Of a DNA stretch of 64,000 bases, positions 9,796-17,814 are shown one piece after another. The position numbers were made by a program, and so were the translations under genes. Below the pieces are notes generated by a model, which saw only the letters and a list, made by a program, of their open reading frames with translations, ran no database searches and had not been told where the DNA came from. Source of the stretch: a virus. The stretch covers positions 2,946-66,945 of IMG/VR virus record IMGVR_UViG_3300035704_000007; one strand, 5' to 3'. Position 1 is the stretch's first letter, and the number at the start of each line of letters is the position of its first letter.

Positions 9796-10371
9796 AAAAA
9801 GACCCTCACCTGACCTCGCCATGCCTCACCGCACCTCGCCATGCCGTAACCGACCTCGCCTGACCTCGCCTCACCAGACCCGGCCCCACCAGATGAAAGC
9901 GTTAGAAAGACCCTCACCCTGCCTCACCTTGCCGCGCCAGGCCCAGCCTCACCGGGCCTCGCCATGCCCGACCGAACCACACCTGACTAGAGCAAACCGG
10001 CGGCGGCCTCACCTCACCCTGCCTGGCCACACCCCGCCGGGCCTAACCGCACCCAACCAAAGCAAGAAGCATGGAAAAAGAACCTCACCCTGCCTTGCCT
10101 CACCCGACCTGACCCGGCCCGACCAGGCAACGCCCCACCTGACCAGACCTCGCCCCGCCAGGCCTCACCCCACCGCGAGAAGTCGCTTGAAAGACCCTTA
10201 CCTCACCGGACCAGACCGTACCCGGACTCACCATGCCACGCCTTGCCTTGCCCCGCCGTACCACAACAAAGCGGGAAAAAAGACCCTCACCCTACCGCGC
10301 CCCACCTGACCGCACCCGGCCATACCTGACCGCGCCTTGCCAGACCTCAGCTGGCCATCCCAAACCATGCC
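9796..10371 (-). ncRNA. Array of six GGY-NN pentamer tracts (putative guide RNAs)
   Basis: About 95 units with strict 5-nt period; five tracts end in GGT(G/A)AGG(G/T)TCTTT; lies between the ParB-like and RAMP-like genes. Confidence 0.75.
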
Positions 10372-10375
10372 TTTA

Positions 10376-11068
10376 TCAAACTGCCGGTTCGAGCCGCTCG
10401 TCCAGCACCCGGTTGAGCACCTCGCGCAGCGTCTCCAGGCGGCCGACGAGCGCCTCGTTCCGCCAGTCCAGCAGATCCCCGCTGATCGCGTTCAGGACCT
10501 GATTGACGGAGAAGAGGACGGACATTCCGGAAGCCCGGTCGTTCGCTCGAAACTGCTCGCCGGTCAGTTCCCGGCCCGCCAGCGATGCCGCCGTGAACTT
10601 CAGGGGGACCAGGGCGGCCTCCGGTCCAATCGCCGTGCGCGTAAGGATGAGGCGCTCGACCGTCTCTACGGTGATTTGCAGCCGCGCCGCGGTTTCGATA
10701 TCGGGGATGCCCAACTGCCGCGCCAGCGCGATGCAGCGCACCCGGTCATAGGTCGCCAGCACCTGCCCATGCCGCGAGTTCAGCAGCATCGCGTCGGCAA
10801 ACAGCGCCGCGTCGGAAGGATAGTCGCGCCACTCCACGGAAATCAGCGCCTCCTCGCCCGCTTCCCGCAGTTCCGCCGCGATCCGATGGAACCCGTCCAC
10901 CACCCGGTTCGTGTGCCGCTGTACGACGACAGGCGGCAGATCGATACCGGCTCGTCGCGCTTCCGCTAGTTGCCGAACGTGCGTATCGTCGATCCCATGG
11001 CGCGGATAGATCGATTCATCCAACACCAGATCCACCGCCCTGACCCGCTCGCCGTGTTCTCGTTTCAT
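10376..11068 (-). CDS. ParB/Srx N-terminal domain protein
   Basis: LDESIYPRH..LPPVVV..VVDGFHRIAA; RBS AAGGAG. Confidence 0.8.
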   Translation of the reverse strand: MKREHGERVRAVDLVLDESIYPRHGIDDTHVRQLAEARRAGIDLPPVVVQRHTNRVVDGFHRIAAELREAGEEALISVEWRDYPSDAALFADAMLLNSRHGQVLATYDRVRCIALARQLGIPDIETAARLQITVETVERLILTRTAIGPEAALVPLKFTAASLAGRELTGEQFRANDRASGMSVLFSVNQVLNAISGDLLDWRNEALVGRLETLREVLNRVLDERLEPAV

Positions 11069-11289
11069 CGTTTGCTCCTTGTGACAGCCCTTGCCGTCCG
11101 TGGTATACTAGAGACGGTTCGGTCTCTTGCTCGGCGGGCGCAGTGTGTCCCTCTACGCTCGACCTTTTTTGTGCCTGCTCCTTGTCCCGCTGCCGCTGGC
11201 GCAGGTGCTCCAGCCAGGCGGCAAGCGGGGGCAGCGCCTCGGCAGGGATGGCGGGGCGGCTCGATTTGGGCTCCATGGCGACGCTCTCC

Positions 11290-11625
11290 TCAGGCGAAGA
11301 TGGCCAGTAACTCGGCATTGGTGAGCGGCGCTTCCGGCTCACGAAGGCCGCTCCTTGAACACAGGGCGCAGGGAATTGGCTCCATATTCGGGTAGCAGCA
11401 GCGCGGCTTCAGGAACCCCTCTCCGTGGCACAGGGCGCACTCTTTTTGTTCGTCCAAATACCGAGCGAGGGCTTCTCCATGACGGCAAAGGCTTCCTGGC
11501 TTATTAGCCAGGCGATAGGCGTAGTGGAGACAGTCACACTGCCCGGTCTCGGCGGAAACCAGATGCTCGTCGCCCGTCAGCCGCACCCGGTACATTCCCG
11601 GCTGACCTTCTACCGGCTCGATCAT
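11290..11625 (-). CDS. SWIM-like zinc-finger protein
   Basis: CDC..CRH plus CALCHGEG..CALC. Confidence 0.65.
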   Translation of the reverse strand: MIEPVEGQPGMYRVRLTGDEHLVSAETGQCDCLHYAYRLANKPGSLCRHGEALARYLDEQKECALCHGEGFLKPRCCYPNMEPIPCALCSRSGLREPEAPLTNAELLAIFA

Positions 11626-11843
11626 ATCCGTGCTTTCAGGTAGTCCTCGGAGCGAAAATGGATCGTCCGCCGCACCTCGCCGCCCATTCGCAGCGTCCAG
11701 TTGAAAAGCGTGCCGCGCGTGACGCCCAGGTGCGCGGCCACCTCTTCCCAGTCCTTGCCCGACTCGATCAACTCGCGAATGAGGATCTCCAGGCACTTGC
11801 CGTGGGCGACTTCGATCTCCCGCATTTGCTTGGTCTTCTTCAT
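11622..11843 (-). CDS. Cro-like HTH protein
   Basis: WEEVAAHLGVTRGTLFNW; divergent from the repressor. Confidence 0.7.
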   Translation of the reverse strand: MKKTKQMREIEVAHGKCLEILIRELIESGKDWEEVAAHLGVTRGTLFNWTLRMGGEVRRTIHFRSEDYLKARI

Positions 11844-11976
11844 CTCTCCCCAGCCCTTCCCGGCTCTTACACGCGTTATAGGTTATTCTACACGATATGG
11901 GATGCAATAGTCAATACAAACGTCTATACTGGGTGTGCGATTACCCCAGTCGTGGATGGGAGGAAGAAGGGCTGTA

Positions 11977-12345
11977 ATGTCGCTGGAGTTCAAGGTCGAG
12001 TTAGGGCGGCGGTTGCGGACAGCCCGCGAGCGCGCCGGTCTTTCCGTCAAGGACATGGCGCAAACCCTGGAGGTGGCGCTCAACACCGTCTACGCCTATG
12101 AGAACGGCCAGAACCAGGCTCCGACCGATGTGGTAGTGGCTTATGCTCGCGCGACGGGTGAGAGCATGGGGCGGTTGGGCGGCCTCGAGCCGGACCCCAA
12201 GGAAACGATCAACTTGATTGCTGCGGCTGCGGAAGAGGTGGTAGCGCCGCCGCGCGATCTGTCCGGCCTTTCCGACCGCACTCTTTCCGCTTTGATCGTC
12301 AAGGCCGGCATCGAAGTCCATAAGCGGTTGCGCCGGCCCGAGTGA
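11977..12345 (+). CDS. CI-like XRE repressor
   Basis: LGRRLRTARERAGLSVKDMAQTLEVALNTVYAYENG. Confidence 0.8.
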   Translation: MSLEFKVELGRRLRTARERAGLSVKDMAQTLEVALNTVYAYENGQNQAPTDVVVAYARATGESMGRLGGLEPDPKETINLIAAAAEEVVAPPRDLSGLSDRTLSALIVKAGIEVHKRLRRPE

Positions 12346-12346
12346 C

Positions 12347-13876
12347 GTGGAGGAACGCGCCTGGCTGCACGTACGCAAGAGTCGTCATCTGGCCGATCCT
12401 GACGACCCGAAGCTCCTCGCCGCCCACAAGGAAACTCTCCTCCGTCTTGCCTTAGCCGATGGCGTCCCCATTCCCCCCGAGCACATCATCGCCGAAGTCG
12501 AGTCCGGCGAATTCCTCAGTCAACGTTCCGCCTTCCGCGCCTGGTTGGAAGAGATCGAGCGCCTCCCCGAGGGCTCCGGCGGCATCCTCTATACCATCGC
12601 CGTGGATCGCCTCAGTCGCGGCCCGCTCTCCGAGCGCGCCCGCATTCAGGAGGCCCTCCAGCGCGCCGCCATCCTCATCCGCACTCCCGCCGGCACGACC
12701 GACCTCTCCGACCCGGATGAGGAATTGCTGGCCGAGGTGCGCGGCTCGCTCGCGCGGCAGGAGCTGCGCCGCTTCAAGGCCCGCCTGGCCCTGAAGCGCG
12801 TCGACAAGCTGCGCCGCGGCGAGATCCTCACCGGCGGCGTCCCTTACGGGTATCGGTGGAGCAAGGACACGGGCCAGCCCGAGCCGCGGCCGGACCAGTT
12901 TCCCATTCTGCAAGCCTGGTGCCGGGAGGTGCTCACCACCTCGGCCCAGCGGTTGAGCCGCCGCTACGGGGTCTCCGGCTCCATCGTCCTGCGCGCCCTC
13001 CACAGCCCGGTCCTTTGCGGCTGGAGCGCCCGGCGTTATGTCATGGGCGAGAACAGCGCCGGCAAGCGGGTCGCCCGCCTCCTCCCCCGCTCGCAGTGGG
13101 TATGGGCCGAGCAGCCGGGCGGCTGGGCCCCGGCCTGCACGCGGGCGGAGTGGGAGGCCATTCAGGCGGTGCTGGCGGCGCGGGACAGTCGCCCGGAATG
13201 GACGCGCGCGACGGAAGATGGCTGGTGTCGGGACGTGCTGCAGTTTCAGGGTGCGCCGGCCGGCGCCTGGGTGCGCCTGGAGACCGGCGGCGGAGGTCCG
13301 GTCTATGCCGGCGTCGATCCGGTCACGCGCAGGCGGTTCGCCTACGTGCCGCGCGAACAGGTCCACCGGGCGGCGACCGCGGCGCTGGGCCCTCTGATCG
13401 CCCGTCCTGACTTCCTGGCCGCAGTGGCGGCGGCGGTCCAGGAGCAGCAGCAGCAGGTCGCCGCGGCGCCGACCGCTCCCGATCTCCTGGCCCGGATCGC
13501 GGCGCTGCGAACGCAGTTGGAACGGGCCGTGCGCGACGGGCTGCAGGCCGCAGGTGAGGAGACCCGTCTGGCTCATCAGCGCGTTCAGCGGGAATTAGAG
13601 CAGGAGATCCAGTCCCTACGCCGCCAACTCGGCAGCGCGAACGGCGCCCGGACCGCCGATCTGGCGCCCCTCTTGCGCGAGGCCGCGGTCCTGCTCGGCG
13701 ACTTCCCCGCCGGTTGGGAGACGCTCCCCGGCACCTTCAAGCGGGCCCTGGTGCGGGCGCTTCTGGTGGCCCTCCCCGTGGTCATCGAACCCGCCCCGGC
13801 CTACCATCCGCGCCGCCGGGAAGTCCTCGCTCCCGTCTGGCAGCCGTGGGTTCCGCAGTGGCTCGACACCTCGTAA
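12347..13876 (+). CDS. Large serine recombinase (integrase)
   Basis: HVRKS catalytic Ser motif, VESG, DRLSR, GVPYGY recombinase domain, coiled coil. Confidence 0.9.
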   Translation: MEERAWLHVRKSRHLADPDDPKLLAAHKETLLRLALADGVPIPPEHIIAEVESGEFLSQRSAFRAWLEEIERLPEGSGGILYTIAVDRLSRGPLSERARIQEALQRAAILIRTPAGTTDLSDPDEELLAEVRGSLARQELRRFKARLALKRVDKLRRGEILTGGVPYGYRWSKDTGQPEPRPDQFPILQAWCREVLTTSAQRLSRRYGVSGSIVLRALHSPVLCGWSARRYVMGENSAGKRVARLLPRSQWVWAEQPGGWAPACTRAEWEAIQAVLAARDSRPEWTRATEDGWCRDVLQFQGAPAGAWVRLETGGGGPVYAGVDPVTRRRFAYVPREQVHRAATAALGPLIARPDFLAAVAAAVQEQQQQVAAAPTAPDLLARIAALRTQLERAVRDGLQAAGEETRLAHQRVQRELEQEIQSLRRQLGSANGARTADLAPLLREAAVLLGDFPAGWETLPGTFKRALVRALLVALPVVIEPAPAYHPRRREVLAPVWQPWVPQWLDTS

Positions 13877-13914
13877 ATCAACCCTGCCTATCAACACCCA
13901 GGAGTAATTTCGCT

Positions 13915-14370
13915 TCAACGGCGGCGGCAGCCCATCAGCGGCAGATCGCCATTCCTCGCCACACGGCCAGAGATACCCTTGAGGGCGATGCGGTCCCCGG
14001 CGTGCAGCCGCAGCAGGGACGCTTCCCGCTGCGGGCAGAAATAGCAGGCGACATCGTGCAAGCCGTCCTCGCTGCCGATCAGGGTCACACAGGCCACGCC
14101 GTCCCGGTCCCGGTCCAGGCTGCGGATGATCCCGTTCATCCGGAGGATCTTGCCGCAGACGATGGCCTCGACCGCCAGCGCGTTGTTCTCCAGGCCACGC
14201 CCGACCTCGGCGGCTTGCAGAACGATGGGCAGTAGATGGGCAGCGCCTACTCGCCGGTCCTGCTCCTGGTGCCGCCGCGCCACGTCGGGGGAAAGCGACG
14301 CCGACGCCGGCGGCGTCAGGGCCGGTGCCAACAACCCGAGAACGATCCACCCCATCAATGCTCGATTCAT
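13915..14370 (-). CDS. Exported OB-fold-like protein
   Basis: Signal peptide; NALA..GKILRMNGII..LHAGDRIALKG resembles tRNA_anti-like OB proteins. Confidence 0.5.
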   Translation of the reverse strand: MNRALMGWIVLGLLAPALTPPASASLSPDVARRHQEQDRRVGAAHLLPIVLQAAEVGRGLENNALAVEAIVCGKILRMNGIIRSLDRDRDGVACVTLIGSEDGLHDVACYFCPQREASLLRLHAGDRIALKGISGRVARNGDLPLMGCRRR

Positions 14371-14408
14371 CTATCTCCTCCCTACCGATCGCCTGTTTAC
14401 TGATTACT

Positions 14409-14436
14409 GAGACGCCGGCCTTCCACGCCTCGTTCC
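14409..14436 (-). promoter_or_regulatory. ECF-type promoter within a 56-bp repeat (copy 1)
   Basis: GGAACG-N16-CGTCTC; 14411-14467 is nearly identical to 14696-14751. Confidence 0.65.
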
Positions 14437-14459
14437 CTACCGACCGGGTGATTATCCGC

Positions 14460-14672
14460 TCATCCCCAGGCAGCGATTTCGCTTGAGAACCCCGTTATGT
14501 CTTCCGGCAGGGGCTCGACCTGAGATCCCGAGCTGCGGCGCCGCTCCAGCGCGTGCGCCAGGCAGAGCGGGACCCGGCGATAGCCCGCTTCCGAGGGAGT
14601 GATCCCCGGAACGCTCGCATCCACGATACAGCCGGTGTGCGTCGCCTCATTCGGGCAATATTCGCAGCGCAC
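14460..14672 (-). CDS. Small Zn-binding hypothetical protein
   Basis: RCEYC..LCLAH; GAAGGAAGG RBS; flanked by the repeats. Confidence 0.6.
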   Translation of the reverse strand: MRCEYCPNEATHTGCIVDASVPGITPSEAGYRRVPLCLAHALERRRSSGSQVEPLPEDITGFSSEIAAWG

Positions 14673-14693
14673 CTTCCTTCTCCTTTGCTCTCT

Positions 14694-14721
14694 TTGACGC
14701 CGGTCTTCCGCGCCTCGTTCC
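14694..14721 (-). promoter_or_regulatory. ECF-type promoter within a 56-bp repeat (copy 2)
   Basis: GGAACG-N16-CGTCAA. Confidence 0.65.
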
Positions 14722-14845
14722 CCATCGAGCGGGTGATTATCCGCTCATCCCCTCGCGTTTGCTACCGGAAAACAGCGGAGGAGAGCGCCGTTGGAATGGC
14801 GAACTGCGGCTCATTGCCCCTAAAGCGACCAGGGAGGCGTTAAGT

Positions 14846-15007
14846 ATGCCCGTGGGCCAGTGCCCGAACTGCCGGAAGCTCTACTTGTGGGAGGCGCGCT
14901 GCCGGCATCAGCGGCGCTGCCGGGAGTGCCGGCGGCGGCTGGAGGCGGTCTCGCGTGAGGAGATGTTGGCGCGGGTGCGGGCGCTGCGAGAGGAGAAGGC
15001 GGCTTAG
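14846..15007 (+). CDS. Small Zn-ribbon protein
   Basis: GGAGG RBS; CPNC..CREC. Confidence 0.5.
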   Translation: MPVGQCPNCRKLYLWEARCRHQRRCRECRRRLEAVSREEMLARVRALREEKAA

Positions 15008-15222
15008 GAGGAAGGAGCCTCGCTGTTGTCTGCCGCCGGCGCTGCGGGAGACTCGCCGGGACGCTCCCGGTCTACCAGGGTCGTCGAGCGCCAGTCATCC
15101 GCACGCAGTTCGACGATGGTGGCGAGGAAACGGCCGCGCGTAAAGCGGACGACGCGCTTCCCTTCCTCGTAAAGAGCCCACCCGTTGCTAAGGTAACACT
15201 CGCGCAACTCCTGCTCGGTCAC
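15004..15222 (-). CDS. Hypothetical protein (leader-repeat cassette)
   Basis: Preceded by the repeat CGTCTGATTGA..GAGAAGCAAGCGAGAAGGAG. Confidence 0.6.
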   Translation of the reverse strand: MTEQELRECYLSNGWALYEEGKRVVRFTRGRFLATIVELRADDWRSTTLVDRERPGESPAAPAADNSEAPSS

Positions 15223-15276
15223 GTCCTCTCCTTCTCGCTTGCTTCTCTGCTCACCAATCAATCAGACGGCGGGCGA

Positions 15277-15615
15277 TTATTCGCTGTCCATGTCCACGAT
15301 CGCCGGGTTCAGCGCGATAGCGAGCGCCTCCCGCACGTAATCATAACGGCTGGCGGCAACGCCGAGATGCGAGCCCGAGAGCACCAATTCTTGTTCGGCG
15401 CCGGAGAAAAGCACGCGCCAGAGTTCGCCATTGTTGGGCGCCAGCGCGATGAGGACCGGCTTCAGGTGCAGCCGCACGCCCTCCAGCGCCCGCCGCGCCT
15501 CCTCCTGCGCGTCGCCGCGCTGTTTCGGCGCCCGCTCGCGCGCCCGCTCGATCAGCGCCGCCGCGCTCGCCAGGGAACGCGTTATCTGCTCGCGGTCGAG
15601 GATCTCTCGCTCCAT
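15277..15615 (-). CDS. Hypothetical protein (leader-repeat cassette)
   Basis: Same leader repeat at about 15625-15667. Confidence 0.65.
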   Translation of the reverse strand: MEREILDREQITRSLASAAALIERARERAPKQRGDAQEEARRALEGVRLHLKPVLIALAPNNGELWRVLFSGAEQELVLSGSHLGVAASRYDYVREALAIALNPAIVDMDSE

Positions 15616-15675
15616 CCTTGCTTCCTCCTTCTCGCTTGATTCTCTGCTCACCTGTCAATCAGACGACTGGCGGGG

Positions 15676-16014
15676 CTAGTCCACAGCGGCGACGTTGGCC
15701 TCCCACCGCTCGACGGCCGCTCGCAGCGTGCTGCCCACCCCAATGGGCGCAAACCGCTCATAGTCCAGGCGCTCGCCAATGGCCGGCTGGTAATCGAGGC
15801 CCGGCAGGAGCGCCCAATTGCCGTTGTGCGTCAGCACGGCGCGGATCTGCAGCGGTTGATCGTCCCAGTTGATCGTTTGCACGAGGCGCTCGGCGACGAT
15901 GACATGGACCGCCGCTTCTTCGCTGCAGCGGCCCTGGTAGTCCAACGTCTCGGCCCGTGTCGGCTCGCGGTGGACGCTCGCCATCAGCCCCTCTATCGTC
16001 AGTTCTTCCATCAT
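15676..16014 (-). CDS. Hypothetical protein (leader-repeat cassette)
   Basis: Same leader plus full promoter GGAACA-N16-CGTCTG at 16053-16080. Confidence 0.65.
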   Translation of the reverse strand: MMEELTIEGLMASVHREPTRAETLDYQGRCSEEAAVHVIVAERLVQTINWDDQPLQIRAVLTHNGNWALLPGLDYQPAIGERLDYERFAPIGVGSTLRAAVERWEANVAAVD

Positions 16015-16097
16015 CTTCTCCTTCTCGCTTGCTTCTCTTATTACCAATCAATCAGACGGCTGGCTGGGCGACGGTGTTCCTTGTATTTCCTCAAGGA

Positions 16098-16916
16098 TTA
16101 GTTCTCTGCCTTCCGTCTGCGGTCCTGTATCTGCCGGTCCCGGTCAACATCCCAGGCGTCCAGATCCCGCTTGTAGACGAGCCGTGCGGCCTTCTCATCG
16201 CCGGCCCTCAGGAAAGGCAGGTGCCCGGCCTCGATGCGCTGATAGACTGCCTGGACGCTGACGCCCTTATATTTAGCGGCATTGCGGATCGAGAATAGCT
16301 CTTCGTTCTTCAACTCGCGTGGCTTCTTCGCTGCTGGCATTCGCTTCCGTTCACTCACTGGCTTGGGTTCACTGATCCTGACCTGTTTAGGCTCTCTGAT
16401 CTTGACTTGATTGCCCGTCGCTAACATGTTGCGCCTCCTTGTCTCCAACCCCTTAGCGGTCGCGGCAGGAGACCTGGGCCGCCGCATTTTGGCTTTTGAC
16501 TCCTCCGTATGCTTCTTTCCTTTTCGGAATGCGGACAGCTTTGCTTTAGCTTGTTCCGTCAGGGTTTGTCCCTGCCGCGCGGCGGCGATCCTCGCCCGCG
16601 TCTCATCAGCGTGCATGAAACCCAGCGACCCCTCTCCTCCTGCTGTCAGATTGGTCAGCGGGGCTCCTCTATCGCGATAATGTTTGATCCAAAACTGCTC
16701 TCTCTGCAGAACCTCATCTGTCTCTTCGAGAATGGCCAGCACCGGTTCTAAGCCCAATCCAAACAGTACGCGTAGCCAGCATGATAGGTGCAGCCTGCTG
16801 CCCCGTGCGGCGGCGTGATAATGGTCTGAAAGCCGCTCATGGCCTCCTCTGTTGGTTTGTCCGATGTACCGAGTATCGCCGGTCCTGGGGTCGAGTAGAG
16901 CATAGACGATCCCCAT
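16098..16916 (-). CDS. GIY-YIG endonuclease with NUMOD3 motifs and C-terminal excisionase-like HTH
   Basis: GIVYAL..RYIGQT..R..EQFWI..N; KHTEESKAKM; LFSIRNAAKYKGVSVQAVYQRI. Confidence 0.85.
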   Translation of the reverse strand: MGIVYALLDPRTGDTRYIGQTNRGGHERLSDHYHAAARGSRLHLSCWLRVLFGLGLEPVLAILEETDEVLQREQFWIKHYRDRGAPLTNLTAGGEGSLGFMHADETRARIAAARQGQTLTEQAKAKLSAFRKGKKHTEESKAKMRRPRSPAATAKGLETRRRNMLATGNQVKIREPKQVRISEPKPVSERKRMPAAKKPRELKNEELFSIRNAAKYKGVSVQAVYQRIEAGHLPFLRAGDEKAARLVYKRDLDAWDVDRDRQIQDRRRKAEN

Positions 16917-16963
16917 CTCTTACCTCCTCCTCCTTTCTCGTCGGTTCCTTCTTCTCGTTGAAA

Positions 16964-16991
16964 TAGACGAACGTGCCAAGGAAGAAGTTTC
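16964..16991 (-). promoter_or_regulatory. ECF-type promoter
   Basis: GAAACT-N16-CGTCTA. Confidence 0.55.
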
Positions 16992-17260
16992 CTCTTCCTT
17001 GGCTCTTGACCTTCCTCGCCCTAAACCGCTTGTAAAGCGACGTTAATCCGGTTCGGGAGGCTCTTAACGTTAGAGTCGTGAACGCTGCAACAAAGTTGCT
17101 CTTAAAGGCGGTAAGTCTTACCGGCTCAGTCTGAGACAATCGTTGAATATCGTCTACGGCTAGCTACTGTTACTCAGACTGAGACTCTGGCGGACAAATG
17201 GAGCAACCTAGCCACCGTAAGCTGAGAAACAGAAGACTGCTAGTCGTTTAAGAAAAACAA

Positions 17261-17288
17261 GGAACACTTCCCTATCATCTAGCGTCTA
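17261..17288 (+). promoter_or_regulatory. ECF-type promoter
   Basis: GGAACA-N16-CGTCTA followed by leader ATGGAAGCAGACAAGAAGCCTCCCC, repeated at about 18996. Confidence 0.7.
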
Positions 17289-17335
17289 TAAGATGGAAGC
17301 AGACAAGAAGCCTCCCCCAACCCGAAGGAGAAGCC

Positions 17336-17755
17336 ATGAGCACCGCGACCCGCACCCAGACTGACCGAGAGTTTGTGATCAGCCACGTCGATTACCGGCT
17401 GCCGGCGAGCGAGCAGAAGCTGACGGCCGCGCAGGAGCGCACGCTCTACTACATGGCAGACGGGTTCGGGAAGCGGACGCCAGCCGAGCTAGAGAGGATC
17501 AACGGCGGCTATGACTGGAGCCACTTCCGCGACAGCAGCGACGCGGCGTTCCGCGAGATGGCGGTAATGATCCGCTGCTGGCAGAATGACCGGGCCGTTG
17601 AAGCCATCCGCTTCCAAACGCTCGCTGAAGTGCGAGCCCAGGCAACCCGGAAGCTGCAGAACGCCCAGACCCGCTTTTATGACAACCCTTCGGCCGAGAA
17701 CTTCATCCTCTGCCAGAAGGAAATGCTCGCTTACCAGGAACTGATCAAAGGCTGA
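17336..17755 (+). CDS. Hypothetical protein
   Basis: AAGGAG RBS, own promoter. Confidence 0.7.
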   Translation: MSTATRTQTDREFVISHVDYRLPASEQKLTAAQERTLYYMADGFGKRTPAELERINGGYDWSHFRDSSDAAFREMAVMIRCWQNDRAVEAIRFQTLAEVRAQATRKLQNAQTRFYDNPSAENFILCQKEMLAYQELIKG

Positions 17756-17814
17756 AAACAGCCGCTAGAGAGTAAAGGGCGTCCCCCTTCCCTGACTTCA
17801 GGAGAACCGAAACG

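Noticed and set aside
9796-10371. Array as a canonical CRISPR or a simple microsatellite
   Set aside because: No 25-45 nt repeats with unique spacers; slippage would homogenise NN, whereas NN is diverse while GGY and the tract tails are conserved
9471-10502. ORFs 9758-10309 (+), 9471-9917 (-) and 10233-10502 (+) over the pentamer array
   Set aside because: Low-complexity by-products of a 5-nt period; conservation follows 5 nt rather than codons
11899-11926. GGGATG-N16-CGTCTA as another ECF promoter for the repressor
   Set aside because: The -35 deviates from the GGAAC consensus; possible but unsupported
13877-13914. attP beside the integrase
   Set aside because: The gap is very short with no convincing inverted repeat, and phage genes continue on both sides
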